A DNA stretch of 64,000 nt from Hyphomicrobiales bacterium (lineage in GTDB: Bacteria > Pseudomonadota > Alphaproteobacteria > Rhizobiales > Devosiaceae): assembly GCA_015490455.1 (NCBI GenBank), contig WFXU01000024.1:13663-77662 (forward strand), written 5' to 3'. The notes beneath the pieces are model-generated. The model searched no databases. It saw only the letters and a program-made list of their open reading frames with translations, and was not told the origin of the DNA. Shown here piece after piece: positions 27,713 through 38,718 of the stretch. Numbering within the stretch: position 1 is the first letter of the stretch; every line of letters begins with the position of its first letter. The position numbers were made by a program, and so were the translations under genes.

Positions 27713-28864
27713 ATGAGCATGTTAGCAAAATATGCAACCCTTGCTCAATATTCACAAGGGAGAAAATTTACAACCGAAAACAGCCCTACAAGAACCCAAT
27801 TTCAGCGTGATCGCGATAGAATCATCCATTCAACTGCCTTTCGCCGTCTCCAATATAAAACACAAGTATTTGTGCGCCATGAAGGAAAGCACTTTAGAAC
27901 CCGATTAACCCATACATTGGAAGTTAGCCAAATTGCTCGCTCAATTTCGCGTGCTTTGAAGGTTGATGAAGATTTAGCCGAAGCAATAGCTTTAGCTCAT
28001 GATTTAGGTCATCCGCCATTTGGTCATGCGGGTGAGAGGGTGTTGGATAAAAAAATGCAAATTTGGGGAGGATTTGAGCATAATTTACAGTCTTTACGCA
28101 CAGTTACAAAATTAGAAAAACGTTATGCCGAACATGATGGATTAAATCTTACTTGGGAATGTCTTGAGGGGATATTAAAACATAATGGACCGATAATAAA
28201 TGAAAAAAACAAGGAGAAACTAAGTTTTATCAATTATTTAGAGCCAGAAACTTATGCAGGTTTAGAGGCGCAAATTGCTGCTATTGCCGATGATATAGCC
28301 TATAATGCTCACGATATTGATGATGGTTTAAGGGCGGGTTTGATTAAATTAGGAGATTTAATGGAAGTAGAAATATTAGCACCAATTGTCAAAACAATAT
28401 TGCATCAATGGCCGCATATTTCGGAGCAAAGACAGGCGCATGAGGTGCAGCGCCGCTTAATCACTGCTACAATTGAAGATGTTATTACTAGTTCAAGAGA
28501 AAATATTATTCGATTAAATCCGCAAAATGTTAATCAAGTGCGCAATGCAGGTAAGCAAATAATTATTTTTTCTGAGAAATTTACAAAATTAGAAAAAGAA
28601 TTAAAGCAATTTATGTATAAAAATATTTATAATTCCAGCGAAGTTAAAAAAGATGCCAGAAGGGGCGAAAAAATAATAGCGAAATTATTTGATTTTTTAA
28701 TCCAAACACCCATTTTGCCAAAAGATTGGCAGAATAAATTTGATTTGGCAAAGAATGAGAAAAAACGGGCAAGAATAATATGCGATTATATTGCCGGCAT
28801 GACAGATCAATATGCAATTGATTTATATGAGCAAATATTTGACGAGAAAGTAAAATTGAGCTAG
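27713..28864 (+). CDS. dgt: dGTP triphosphohydrolase-like HD-domain protein
   Basis: 383 aa with RTRLTHTLEV and HDLGHPPFGH motifs. Confidence 0.85.
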   Translation: MSMLAKYATLAQYSQGRKFTTENSPTRTQFQRDRDRIIHSTAFRRLQYKTQVFVRHEGKHFRTRLTHTLEVSQIARSISRALKVDEDLAEAIALAHDLGHPPFGHAGERVLDKKMQIWGGFEHNLQSLRTVTKLEKRYAEHDGLNLTWECLEGILKHNGPIINEKNKEKLSFINYLEPETYAGLEAQIAAIADDIAYNAHDIDDGLRAGLIKLGDLMEVEILAPIVKTILHQWPHISEQRQAHEVQRRLITATIEDVITSSRENIIRLNPQNVNQVRNAGKQIIIFSEKFTKLEKELKQFMYKNIYNSSEVKKDARRGEKIIAKLFDFLIQTPILPKDWQNKFDLAKNEKKRARIICDYIAGMTDQYAIDLYEQIFDEKVKLS

Positions 28865-28917
28865 TGCGCTTGGCAAATTATTGCGCCTGGCGCATCAGCT
28901 CTGAAGGTTTGGGACAT

Positions 28918-30672
28918 ATGGATATTTTTGCAATTTTTTCTGATAAGATAAAAAATACGCTAAAAGAAATATATGGCGAAGAAATATTGGACAATGAATT
29001 GCTTGCAAAAATAGCGGTTGAACCTCCACGCTCTCTCGCTCATGGCGATATTTCCACCAACGCTGCAATGGTCCTAAGTAAGAATTTAAGGCAAAATCCA
29101 CGCGAAATTGCTACAAAAATTACCGATTATTTCAAAAATGACAAAAATATTTCTTCTATAGAAATAGTTGGACCTGGCTTTATTAATTTTCGCCTCAAAA
29201 ATAAAATATATCACTCTCTTTTATCATCCATATTGAGCCTGGGTGAAAATTACGGCAAAGTAGATATGGGGCAGGGGGAGAGGGTTAATATTGAATATGT
29301 TTCCACTAATCCAACAGGGCCTATTCATGTTGGGCATATAAGGGGGGCTGTATTTGGCGATGCGCTGGCAAGTTTAATGGAATTTGTTGGCTATGATGTG
29401 GTGAGAGAATATTATGTTAATGATGCTGGCGGGCAGATCGATATTTTGGCAAAGTCTGCATTTTTACGTTATCGCCAGGCTTTGGGTGAGAAAATTGGGG
29501 AAATAGAAAAAGGCCTTTATCCGGGCAAATATCTTGTTCCTATAGGGCAGGATTTAGCAGTCAAATTTGGCGATAAATTATTAACAAAACCAGAAAAAGA
29601 AAGTTTAGAAATTATAAAGCCAATTGTTCTTAAAGCTATGTTGGTTCTGATAAAGCAAGATCTGGCCAAACTTAACATTAGACATGACATATTTTTTTCT
29701 GAACAGAGTTTACATGGTAAGGATGGGGAAATAGAAAAAACACTTAGCTGGCTTAGAGAAAAGGGGCTTGTTTATCAGGGTAAATTAGAGCCGCCAAAGG
29801 GTAAGTTAAGCGATGATTGGGAGGATAGGGAGCAAACCCTATTTAGGGCAACAAAATTTGGCGATGACAGCGATAGGGCTCTGGTCAAGTCAGATGGTTC
29901 TTACACTTATTTTGCTTCAGATATTGCCTATCATAGAGAAAAATATTTGCGCGGATTTAATAAGCAAATTGTAGTGCTTGGGGCGGATCATTCCGGCTAT
30001 GTAAAGCGCTTAAAGGCTGCGGTTAAGGCTATTTCTGATGGCAAGGCCGAGCTGGATGTAAAAATCTGCCAATTAGTGCGGCTTTTACGCGATGGCAAGC
30101 AGGTAAAAATGTCAAAGCGCTCAGGAGAATTAGTAAGTTTGGCTGAAATTGTTGACGAGGTAGGTCCGGACGCTGTGCGCTTTATTATGTTATTTAGGCG
30201 TAATGATGCTCCGCTTGATTTTGATTTTAATTTGGTAAAAGAAATGAGCCGCGAAAATCCGGTTTTTTACGTGCAATATGCATATGCGCGCAGCTGTTCA
30301 ATATTTCGCACCGCGAATCGTGAACTGCCAGATTTGGATCTTTCTATAGACGCACTAAGAAGGGCTGATATTTCTTTATTGACAATAGAGGAGGAAATTG
30401 CCCTAATAAAATTACTTTCAACCTGGCCGCGTGTCCTGAAAGCAGCCGCCAAAACACATGAACCACATAGAATAGCCTTCTATCTTCATGAGCTTGCGGC
30501 GGGGTTTCATGGTTTTTGGACAAGGGGTAAAGAAAATCCAGATTTACGGTTTGTTAACCATAATAGTTTGAGTGTAACATTAGCCAGAATGGTTTTGGTA
30601 AGATCAGTTCAACAGATTTTAGGAACTGGTTTGAGAATTTTGGGGGTTAGCGCACCCAGTGAGCTTTCATAA
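28918..30672 (+). CDS. argS: Arginine--tRNA ligase
   Basis: HIGH-type motif PTGPIHVGHIRG and KMSKS-type KMSKRSG. I preferred the ATG at 28918 over the GTG at 28864, which abuts the dgt stop. Confidence 0.95.
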   Translation: MDIFAIFSDKIKNTLKEIYGEEILDNELLAKIAVEPPRSLAHGDISTNAAMVLSKNLRQNPREIATKITDYFKNDKNISSIEIVGPGFINFRLKNKIYHSLLSSILSLGENYGKVDMGQGERVNIEYVSTNPTGPIHVGHIRGAVFGDALASLMEFVGYDVVREYYVNDAGGQIDILAKSAFLRYRQALGEKIGEIEKGLYPGKYLVPIGQDLAVKFGDKLLTKPEKESLEIIKPIVLKAMLVLIKQDLAKLNIRHDIFFSEQSLHGKDGEIEKTLSWLREKGLVYQGKLEPPKGKLSDDWEDREQTLFRATKFGDDSDRALVKSDGSYTYFASDIAYHREKYLRGFNKQIVVLGADHSGYVKRLKAAVKAISDGKAELDVKICQLVRLLRDGKQVKMSKRSGELVSLAEIVDEVGPDAVRFIMLFRRNDAPLDFDFNLVKEMSRENPVFYVQYAYARSCSIFRTANRELPDLDLSIDALRRADISLLTIEEEIALIKLLSTWPRVLKAAAKTHEPHRIAFYLHELAAGFHGFWTRGKENPDLRFVNHNSLSVTLARMVLVRSVQQILGTGLRILGVSAPSELS

Positions 30673-30740
30673 TTGTGGCACATTGCTGTGCCAAGAACAA
30701 AATTAGTATGATTTAATTATGAAAGCCAGGGTGGTTTCAA

Positions 30741-32792
30741 ATGGGTAAAGCACATATGTCAAAAGATTTTGAGCAAAATAGTGAGACAGATGATCTAATT
30801 GCAGAATTGGCGCGCATGATGGCGCAGGACGCTAAAAAAGGTAGTGAGGTGAATATATCATCACCTCAATCTGCGGCAAATGATGGATCTGCTAATATAG
30901 AGCAAAATCCTTCAAAAGATAAAGATGAAGGACAACAAGGAATTACAAATTTTCAGCTGCCGGAAGAATTAAAAGACCCAGCGCAAATGCGGGAAAATCT
31001 TGACAAAGTGCTAAGCGCCAGCGAGAGGCTAAGCGCAACCCGTTCGGCAAAAAAATTTTCTCAAGAGCAAGGGGGGGAGCATAGCCAAATTGAAGAAAAT
31101 TTGCCAAATATGGAATATGGTGAATTAAGCACCAATGTTTCTTCTGAAATAAGAGAGGAGGTTCCTCTTGCTGAGGAGGGGCAGAATAATTTAGAAAATT
31201 CTCAACTGGCTGATGATCCAATTGCAAGATTAATTGCTCAACAATTAGAAGAAGAAGAGCTTAGTGAAAATGAAAATAGGCGAGTAGGTGAAAGCGGAGA
31301 TGTTTCTGTTTCCGAAAATTCGCAGTTTGCGCAAATACAAAATAATAATGCGCAGCCGGATAGCAATTTACAAAACGATAATGTTCAGCCACAAAATGAA
31401 AATAGTGGAGATAGGTTTGAGAGCGCGCCAATTTTCGGGTTGGGGGGAAATGGAAATGTTTCTCCTACTGCCCCACAGGCTAACTATGCCACAAAGGGTA
31501 ATGATTATCCAGAAGATATGGATCCGCTTGAGGAAATAGAAAGCCTTATTGGTGAGGCGGTGCGTGATAGCGCCAGAGCAAAGCAAGATAGATTATCCGA
31601 CATTGGGGAAAATATGTCGGAAGAAACTATTTCAGTTGATGAGGCGGCGAAAGCGGCTGAATCTAAAATTTTAGCAGCTGCTATTGATAGTCAAAATATT
31701 AAGCAAAATAATGATAGGGTAGCGGAAAATATAAATATTGTCCCAGAGCAGCAACCAGAGCTGCAAAATATGCAAAATGAACAAAAATCTTCATTTTTGC
31801 GTAAATTTCTAGGTCCTGTCGTTGCTGGCTTATTTTTCTGGATTGTTGGTTTTGCCCTTTATTATTATTTTGTTGTTGTGCCCAAAAATGATTCAACTAA
31901 TGTGGTGCCGGTGCTTAGCGCTGAAACAGAACCGGAAAAAATTATCCCCTCCACTCAGTCTGACGAAGAAGAGCAATCTGTAGTGATGAATGAACTTGGA
32001 GGAGAAAAAAATACCCCGCAAAATGAACAGCTAATTTCGCGTGATGAAAGCCAAAATAATGATCCGATTGCCAGAGTCATTGAAACTAGTGATAATGGAA
32101 ACACACAAACGACTCTTACTAATCGCAAAGTAAAAACTGTTACCGTTCGCCCGGACGGCACAATTATCAGTGGTGACACGGCAAGGGCTGGGAATGAGGC
32201 ATTGCCGATCGAGCGGCCAAATGTTCCGAATTTGCCCGCAAATTCAACTAATGAAGCGGCTCTACAGGCTAATCAACCCGTAATATCTAACCAAAACCAA
32301 CCTTCTCAAACACAGGTTCAAATTGCAACTGGTCCTGCGGGTGCATCCTCGTCAGACCCGCAAACTTCTTCATCTTCTGGGGCAAATATTCAGACCTCCA
32401 CAAGTCCTTCTGCTTCTAATTCGGGTGCAGTTGATTTATTAGCTAATTCGGCGAACGAGGCAGTTACACAAATCCAAACCGGCCCGGCTACAAATGATTC
32501 AGCCACGAGCGTGGCAAGCCAGAATGGAGCAAATAATCTAACAATAGCACCAGCCTATGTGCAGGTTGCATCGCGGCGTGAAGAACAGAATGCACAAAAA
32601 TCTCTTATTGAAATTAAAACAAGATTTGCTTCAATAATTGGAGATAGAATTATGGAAATTCAAAGAGCAGATCTTGGCGATAAGGGTATTTATTATCGTG
32701 TTAGAATTCCCGCAGATTCAATAGAAAATGCTAATCAAATATGCAATAGTCTAAAGTTAGCAGGTGGTGACTGTTTTGTGCGCACTGATTAA
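30741..32792 (+). CDS. SPOR-domain protein with a long low-complexity region and one TM helix
   Basis: 683 aa, rich in Q/N/S/E. TM helix VVAGLFFWIVGFALYYYFVVV. C-terminal SPOR-like YVQVASRREEQNAQ...YYRVRIP. Confidence 0.7.
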   Translation: MGKAHMSKDFEQNSETDDLIAELARMMAQDAKKGSEVNISSPQSAANDGSANIEQNPSKDKDEGQQGITNFQLPEELKDPAQMRENLDKVLSASERLSATRSAKKFSQEQGGEHSQIEENLPNMEYGELSTNVSSEIREEVPLAEEGQNNLENSQLADDPIARLIAQQLEEEELSENENRRVGESGDVSVSENSQFAQIQNNNAQPDSNLQNDNVQPQNENSGDRFESAPIFGLGGNGNVSPTAPQANYATKGNDYPEDMDPLEEIESLIGEAVRDSARAKQDRLSDIGENMSEETISVDEAAKAAESKILAAAIDSQNIKQNNDRVAENINIVPEQQPELQNMQNEQKSSFLRKFLGPVVAGLFFWIVGFALYYYFVVVPKNDSTNVVPVLSAETEPEKIIPSTQSDEEEQSVVMNELGGEKNTPQNEQLISRDESQNNDPIARVIETSDNGNTQTTLTNRKVKTVTVRPDGTIISGDTARAGNEALPIERPNVPNLPANSTNEAALQANQPVISNQNQPSQTQVQIATGPAGASSSDPQTSSSSGANIQTSTSPSASNSGAVDLLANSANEAVTQIQTGPATNDSATSVASQNGANNLTIAPAYVQVASRREEQNAQKSLIEIKTRFASIIGDRIMEIQRADLGDKGIYYRVRIPADSIENANQICNSLKLAGGDCFVRTD

Positions 32793-32946
32793 TTATCAGC
32801 TTATTGAGTAACAGGGCAGCCTTTTGGATAAAAAAGTTAGACGCTGCCATATTGCTGATGGTGAATATTTTATGGCGGGCTTGACCTTTTTTGCTCTTAA
32901 GGCAAATCTGTTTTGTAGGGCAAATATAATTTATTTGGCGGTAAAT

Positions 32947-33744
32947 ATGGATGAATTTGATGATGGCTTGCTAAATCTAAGAGAAAAAGATTCTGATAAT
33001 GCCAATAGAATGTATGTAGATATAAGGGGATATGAGGGGCCGCTTGATCTTTTACTGGATTTGGCGCGCAAACAAAAGGTTGATTTAGCCAATATTTCTG
33101 TTTTGGAATTGGCTGAGCAATATCTTGAATTTATTGAAAAAGTCAGAAAAAACCGCATTGACATTGCTGCTGATTATTTGGTTGTTGCCGCCTGGCTTGC
33201 CTATCTGAAAAGCCGCCTTTTAGTGCCACATAGAGATAGTGATGAAGAGCCCAGCGGTGAAATGATGGCGGCGATGTTGCAATTTCGCCTGAAAAAATTA
33301 GAAGCAATGCGTAAAGCTTCTGAACAATTAATTAATCGTCCAAGATTGGGCAGGCAAATTTTTGCTCGCGGTCAAATTGAACCGGTAAATATAAATATTT
33401 CAGTCAAATTTAAGGCAAGCCTTTATGATTTATTAAAAGCCTATGCCACACAGAGAGAAAGAACAATATCAGCGAATTATGTTCCTTCAAAACGCAATGT
33501 CTGGTCTTTACAAGAGGCTGTAAACATATTACAGCGCCTTATTGGTAATAGCGTAGATTGGGTGCCATTAGAAAAATATCTGCTGCAATATTTATCTGAA
33601 GATGAAGATAGAAGCTCGGTAATTGCCTCTAGTTTTAGCGCAAGCCTTGAACTGGCAAGACAGGGCCAGTTAGAGTTAAAGCAAATAGCTCCCTTTTCTT
33701 CTCTATTACTTAGAAGACGAAAAGCCAATAATCTTAAGCAATGA
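32947..33744 (+). CDS. scpA: Segregation and condensation protein A
   Basis: FEGPLDLLLDL-type motif (YEGPLDLLLDLARKQKVDL) and scpB immediately downstream. I chose the ATG at 32947; the track ORF starts at a TTG at 32824. Confidence 0.85.
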   Translation: MDEFDDGLLNLREKDSDNANRMYVDIRGYEGPLDLLLDLARKQKVDLANISVLELAEQYLEFIEKVRKNRIDIAADYLVVAAWLAYLKSRLLVPHRDSDEEPSGEMMAAMLQFRLKKLEAMRKASEQLINRPRLGRQIFARGQIEPVNINISVKFKASLYDLLKAYATQRERTISANYVPSKRNVWSLQEAVNILQRLIGNSVDWVPLEKYLLQYLSEDEDRSSVIASSFSASLELARQGQLELKQIAPFSSLLLRRRKANNLKQ

Positions 33745-33759
33745 TATTAACTGATTAAT

Positions 33760-34464
33760 ATGAGTGATGAACTGTTTGATAATGAAGAAAAATTAGAGCT
33801 TGAAGAGAGAAATTTGCGCATAATTGAAGCTCTGATTTTTGCTGCAGATAAGCCGGTTTCGGCAAAAGATTTGCAACCATATTTGAGTGATGGGGCGGAT
33901 ATTGAGCATTTATTAAAAAAATTGGCCGCCCTTTATGAAAATAGGGGAGTAAATTTAGTCAGACGTGAAGATGAGTGGGCTTTTCGTACTGCTGAAGATT
34001 TGGCATTTTTATTACGAAAAGAAGATGAACAAACCCGCCCCCTTTCGCGCGCTTCTTTAGAAACATTGGCGATTATTGCCTATCATCAGCCAACAACAAG
34101 GGCTGAAATTGAAGAAATAAGAGGGGTTTCAACCGGCAAGGGAACTTTGGATATTCTATTAGAAACAGGTTGGATAAAAATGCGCGGGCGCCGGCGCACA
34201 CCAGGTAGGCCTATTACCTATGGCACTACAAAGGAATTTTTAGATCATTTTTCCCTTAGCTCCATTAAAGATTTGCCCGGTCTTGAAGAATTAAAAGGAG
34301 CCGGACTACTTTCAAATAAATTGCCGCCAAATATACAAATTCCGGTGCCATTTGATGGGGCATTGCGTGATGATGAGGATCACTTAGAAGAGGAAGATTT
34401 ACAAGGGAAAATTGTAGAAGAAGAATTTCTATTACAAAACTCTGTTCCCAATGAAGAAAAATAA
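33760..34464 (+). CDS. scpB: Segregation and condensation protein B
   Basis: IIEALIFAADKPVS and LETLAIIAYHQPTTRAEIEEIRGV motifs, with an acidic tail. Confidence 0.85.
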   Translation: MSDELFDNEEKLELEERNLRIIEALIFAADKPVSAKDLQPYLSDGADIEHLLKKLAALYENRGVNLVRREDEWAFRTAEDLAFLLRKEDEQTRPLSRASLETLAIIAYHQPTTRAEIEEIRGVSTGKGTLDILLETGWIKMRGRRRTPGRPITYGTTKEFLDHFSLSSIKDLPGLEELKGAGLLSNKLPPNIQIPVPFDGALRDDEDHLEEEDLQGKIVEEEFLLQNSVPNEEK

Positions 34465-35588
34465 TGAAATTTCGTGCGAAGCAAGTTCAGGATAAAGAAA
34501 ATATCAGAACCAGTTGGGGTCGGCGCGGTACAGCAGGCGTTAGTTTTGCTTCTACCGTTGAATTTAATAAGGTTGATGTAAATTTTGCTGGAAAGAAAAT
34601 ATTACAACAGATTGATTTAACTCTATTTCCTGGCGAGATTGTTTGCTTATTGGGAGAATCTGGCTCAGGCAAATCAACTATTTTACGCCTTATTGCCGGC
34701 TTGCAGCAGGTTAGCGCCGGAACTATCTCAATTAATCATAAGATTGTTGCAAATAGTAATTTTAATTTGCCACCCGAAAAGCGGGCAACCGGTTTAATGT
34801 TTCAGGATTTTGCTCTTTTCCCGCATATGAGCTTAATAGAAAATGTTGAATTTGGGTTGATTAAGCTGCAAAAAAAAGAAAAAAACTATCAGGCAAAAGT
34901 TGCCTTAAAACGAGTTGGGCTTGAGGGAAGGGAACATGATTATCCGCATATGCTTTCTGGTGGTGAACAGCAAAGGTTGGCTTTGGCCAGAACAATAGCT
35001 CCCAGACCAGGCATTATTATGCTTGATGAACCTTTTTCTGGTCTTGATTCGCGAATGCGTGAAATTGTGCGCGCTGAAACAATGGCCGTGTTAAGAGAGA
35101 TAAATGCCACAACCATAATTGTAACTCATGATCCGGAAGAGGCAATGTTATTGGGTGATAAAATAATATTGCTGAGAAATGGGCAAATAGTGCAAAATGA
35201 TATTTCGGCAAATATTTTTCATAAACCAGCCGATATAGGGGTAGCCCGTTTTATGTCACCATTAACTGAAATTGGTGCTATGGTTAAGAATGGAATTATT
35301 GATACGCCCTTAGGCAGAATAAAGGCTGAAAATAAAAAAGATGGCCAAAGGGTAATTATTGCTATAAGACCGGTTGATGCTATTGAAATGTCTGAAAAAA
35401 AACCAGGAATTAGGGGCAGGCTGGTTTCAAAAAGAGAGGCTCTTGGAATTGATATTTATGAAGTTCAGGTTGAAAATATGGAAGGATTAATTAATGTCCG
35501 CCAAAGGTCAAATCCCAAATTTATTGTTGGTGCAGATGTTTTTTTACGCTTAAATATGCAGCATGTTCTTGTTTTTGACCAGAATTAG
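34464..35588 (+). CDS. ABC transporter ATP-binding protein (PotA/FbpC/CysA-like, with C-terminal regulatory domain)
   Basis: Walker A GESGSGKST, signature LSGGEQQR, Walker B IIMLDEP and H-loop THD. There is no permease or binding-protein gene nearby. Confidence 0.85.
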   Translation: MKFRAKQVQDKENIRTSWGRRGTAGVSFASTVEFNKVDVNFAGKKILQQIDLTLFPGEIVCLLGESGSGKSTILRLIAGLQQVSAGTISINHKIVANSNFNLPPEKRATGLMFQDFALFPHMSLIENVEFGLIKLQKKEKNYQAKVALKRVGLEGREHDYPHMLSGGEQQRLALARTIAPRPGIIMLDEPFSGLDSRMREIVRAETMAVLREINATTIIVTHDPEEAMLLGDKIILLRNGQIVQNDISANIFHKPADIGVARFMSPLTEIGAMVKNGIIDTPLGRIKAENKKDGQRVIIAIRPVDAIEMSEKKPGIRGRLVSKREALGIDIYEVQVENMEGLINVRQRSNPKFIVGADVFLRLNMQHVLVFDQN

Positions 35589-35639
35589 CAATATCTATAA
35601 AGAGTAATCATGTAAATTTATGTAAAGTGGAGAATTAAA

Positions 35640-35864
35640 ATGAATCCGGGACCATGGGGTATCTTAATAATTGTCATAGCTATTCTTTTATTATTTGGGC
35701 GAGGAAAAATTGCAGGAATGATGGGAGAAATAGCTAGCGGTATAAAAAGTTTCCAAAAAGGCCTTAGAGATGATGATGAAAAGCCAATCTCACAAATTGA
35801 CGCTAGTGCAAAATCTGAAGCCGAATCTGAAGCTGAAACTGTTAAGAGAAATAAAGATTCTTAA
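35640..35864 (+). CDS. tatA: Twin-arginine translocase subunit TatA
   Basis: 74 aa with an N-terminal TM helix then an amphipathic FG..KI....G..IKSFQKG segment. It precedes tatB and tatC. Confidence 0.85.
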   Translation: MNPGPWGILIIVIAILLLFGRGKIAGMMGEIASGIKSFQKGLRDDDEKPISQIDASAKSEAESEAETVKRNKDS

Positions 35865-35900
35865 TTTTACGGCTTATTGTAAAGCCATGAGGAATAGTTG

Positions 35901-36494
35901 ATGCTAAGTTTTGGTTGGCCTGAAATGCTTATTGTTGCAGCGGCGGCGCTTATTATTGTGGGGCCGCGCGATTTGCCAAAATTACTGCGTAATATTGGTC
36001 GCGTGCTGGGTAAGGTCAGGCGTATGGGAGATGAATTTAAGCGGGAGATAAATAAGGTTGCCGCAATTGATGATATTAAAGAAATTAAATCTTCCATAAC
36101 CAATCCCCTAGAGCAAACTCGCTCTGATATTGAAAGTGAGTTTAATAAAATAACAATTGACGGGGTTGAGCCAAGCGGAGCTATAAAACCGAAAGATCCC
36201 AATGCCAATAATGTCTATGCAGAGATAAAGGCAGCTAGTGCGAAGGTCGGTGAGACTAAAACTAAGGCAAATAGAGTAAATAAAGAAAAAAGCGCAAGGA
36301 GTTCTACTTCAACAACAAAAAAGAAAACAAATAGTGTAGCCTCAGCCAGTGCAGCACAAAAAAGTGCCAAAATAGCAAAAAATAAAACTTCTAAGGCCAA
36401 AGCGGCAAAATTGGCTAAAAATGAGCAGGCTAAAAATGCGCAGACTAAAACGACTAATAATAGCAATAATAGTAAGACAGTAAGGCAAAAGTAA
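35901..36494 (+). CDS. tatB: Twin-arginine translocase subunit TatB with a Lys/Ala-rich tail
   Basis: MLSFGWPEMLIVAAAALIIVGPRDLP N-terminus, lying between tatA and tatC. Confidence 0.8.
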   Translation: MLSFGWPEMLIVAAAALIIVGPRDLPKLLRNIGRVLGKVRRMGDEFKREINKVAAIDDIKEIKSSITNPLEQTRSDIESEFNKITIDGVEPSGAIKPKDPNANNVYAEIKAASAKVGETKTKANRVNKEKSARSSTSTTKKKTNSVASASAAQKSAKIAKNKTSKAKAAKLAKNEQAKNAQTKTTNNSNNSKTVRQK

Positions 36495-36513
36495 AAAATT
36501 AGATAGCAATCAA

Positions 36514-37413
36514 ATGAGTGCAAAGAAGAAGAATAAGCCAGATATTGCAAAAAAATATGATGTGCCAGATAAATCTGTTGCCAAAAAAAGCGCTATGGAT
36601 GAAAAACAGGAAGAGAAAGAAAAAAAAGAAGATGAATTAGCCGCTTCAGAAGCCCCGCTGATAGAACATCTTATTGAATTACGCCAGAGGCTGATTTTTT
36701 CCGTTGTAGCGATTGCTGTTTTATTTGTTATTTTCTTTTTTCTTGCCGATAAGATTTATTTATTTTTGCTTGGGCCATTTGAAAGAGCTGCCGGCTCAAA
36801 CGAAGCTGTTAGGCTTATTTATACTGCGCCGCAGGAATTTTTCTTTACCAAACTTTCGGTTGCTCTTTTTTCGGCTATTTTTGCCGCCTTTCCAATCGTT
36901 GCCGGTCAGCTTTATGCATTTATTGCGCCCGGACTATATAAGAATGAAAGGGGGGCGTTCTTACCCTATTTAATAGCAACCCCAATATTATTTGTTATTG
37001 GCGCTGCGGTTATGTTTTATGGCGTTTTACCTTTGGCGCTAAGTTTTTTTCTGTCGCAAGAAGTTAACTCCGCTGGCGGTGTAACTATTGAAATGCTACC
37101 GCGAGTTTCTGAATATCTTAGCCTTATCATGACTTTACTATTCGCATTTGGAATATGTTTTCAATTGCCAATCATTCTTACTTTGCTTGCAACTATTGAA
37201 CTGGTTGATAGTAAAAAGCTAAAATCTTGGCGCAAATATGCGATTGTGGCAATATTATTTGTTGCGGCCTTCTTAACCCCACCCGATCCTATTTCTCAAC
37301 TTGGCCTTGCCTTACCCATGTTACTACTTTATGAAACTTCTATTATTTCGGTAAAAATAGTTGAACGCCGCCGCGCCAAAAAAGAAGCGGCTTATAAGGC
37401 AAGTTTGCAATAA
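36514..37413 (+). CDS. tatC: Twin-arginine translocase subunit TatC
   Basis: [13 protein letters not shown] motif and six TM helices. About 45 aa of Lys-rich N-terminal extension precede the motif, so Met28 is a possible start. Confidence 0.9.
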   Translation: MSAKKKNKPDIAKKYDVPDKSVAKKSAMDEKQEEKEKKEDELAASEAPLIEHLIELRQRLIFSVVAIAVLFVIFFFLADKIYLFLLGPFERAAGSNEAVRLIYTAPQEFFFTKLSVALFSAIFAAFPIVAGQLYAFIAPGLYKNERGAFLPYLIATPILFVIGAAVMFYGVLPLALSFFLSQEVNSAGGVTIEMLPRVSEYLSLIMTLLFAFGICFQLPIILTLLATIELVDSKKLKSWRKYAIVAILFVAAFLTPPDPISQLGLALPMLLLYETSIISVKIVERRRAKKEAAYKASLQ

Positions 37414-37427
37414 TATTTAAGGGTAAA

Positions 37428-38705
37428 ATGTTTGATATTAAGTGGATACGCGATAATGTAAATTTATTTGATGAGGCGATGAAAAGGCGCGGAATTGAGC
37501 CGCAGTCAGATAAGCTATTAGCATTAGATGATGAAAGAAAAGCCACTATTCTGGCTCTCAATGAAGCACAAAAAAAGCGTAATACCCTCTCAAAACAGAT
37601 AGGCATTGCCAAAGCAAATGGTGATGATAGAAAAGCGCAAAATCTAATGCTAAAGGTTGCAGAACTAAAGAAAGAGGTGCAAAGGGGAGAAGAAAAGGAG
37701 CGCGAGCAAACTAAAGCGCTAAGAGATGCGCTGGCTGTTTTGCCCAATATTTTAGCCAAAGATGTTCCTGATGGCGAAGATGAAACAGATAATGTTGAAA
37801 TTGATAATTTTGGTGAAAGGGTAGAATTTCCATTTAGGGCAAAGCAACATTTTGAACTTGGCGAGGCGCTTGGCTTGATGGATTTTGAGGTAGCGGCAAA
37901 GATAGCTGGCTCTCGCTTTGTCGTGCTAAAGGGAGCGCTTGCAAGGTTAGAAAGAGCATTGGGGCAATTTATGCTTGACGTGCAAATAAATGAAAATGGC
38001 CGAACAGAAGTAAATCCTCCTCTTTTATTGCACGAAAAAGCAATGTTTGGCACGGGGCAATTGCCTAAATTCAAAGAAGATTCATTTGTTACAACAGATG
38101 GTCGCTGGTTATTGCCAACTTCAGAAGTGCCTCTAACCAATATGGTGCGCGAAAATATATTATCAATTAATGATTTGCCCATGCGCCTAACGGGATTAAC
38201 GCCAAATTTTCGCTCAGAAGCCGGCTCATCCGGCAAGGATACAAGGGGCATGATACGCCAACATCAATTTTATAAGGTTGAAATGGTTACAATTGCAACT
38301 GCGCAAATGGCAGAACGAGAGCATGAAATAATGCTTAAATCTGCGCAAAATATATTAAAAAAACTGAATATTCCCTTTAGAACAATGCTACTTTGTTCTG
38401 GTGATACTGGCGATTCCATGCAAAAGACCTATGATTTAGAAGCATGGTTGCCCGGACAGAACACCTATAGAGAAATATCTTCAGTTTCAATTGCAGGAGA
38501 TTGGCAGGCTAGACGCATGAATGCGCGTTATCGCGATGAGAATGGAAAAGTGCATTTTGTTCATACTTTGAATGGATCTGGTGTTGCGGTGGGGCGGGCC
38601 TTAATTGCGGTAATGGAAAATTATCAGCAGGAAGATGGTTCAATTTTAATTCCGCAAGCATTGCAGCCCTATATGGGTGGCCTGGAAATAATCAGAGCGC
38701 AATAA
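37428..38705 (+). CDS. serS: Serine--tRNA ligase
   Basis: 425 aa with an N-terminal coiled-coil arm and class II motifs ([25 protein letters not shown]). Confidence 0.95.
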   Translation: MFDIKWIRDNVNLFDEAMKRRGIEPQSDKLLALDDERKATILALNEAQKKRNTLSKQIGIAKANGDDRKAQNLMLKVAELKKEVQRGEEKEREQTKALRDALAVLPNILAKDVPDGEDETDNVEIDNFGERVEFPFRAKQHFELGEALGLMDFEVAAKIAGSRFVVLKGALARLERALGQFMLDVQINENGRTEVNPPLLLHEKAMFGTGQLPKFKEDSFVTTDGRWLLPTSEVPLTNMVRENILSINDLPMRLTGLTPNFRSEAGSSGKDTRGMIRQHQFYKVEMVTIATAQMAEREHEIMLKSAQNILKKLNIPFRTMLLCSGDTGDSMQKTYDLEAWLPGQNTYREISSVSIAGDWQARRMNARYRDENGKVHFVHTLNGSGVAVGRALIAVMENYQQEDGSILIPQALQPYMGGLEIIRAQ

Positions 38706-38718
38706 TGAGCCTGTTAGA

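Noticed and set aside
30676-30693. Perfect 7-bp hairpin TGGCACA-ttgc-TGTGCCA just after argS, considered as a terminator
   Set aside because: No U-tract follows, and the SPOR gene starts about 50 nt later in the same direction. This is not enough to call an intrinsic terminator.
32824-32946. 41-codon N-terminal extension of scpA from a TTG start
   Set aside because: The extension is hydrophobic and unconserved-looking. The ScpA-like sequence begins at the ATG at 32947. The region is more likely non-coding spacer.
35867-36550. Two antisense ORFs (113 and 111 aa) opposite tatB
   Set aside because: They mirror the Lys/Ala-rich low-complexity tail of TatB (poly-Leu/Phe/Ala translation). The TatB frame has the conserved N-terminus and operon context.
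37343-38251. 302-aa ORF on the minus strand
   Set aside because: It is entirely antisense to the tatC end and serS. It is Ser/Phe/Leu-rich and low-complexity with no start context, while serS on the opposite strand has clear class II synthetase motifs.
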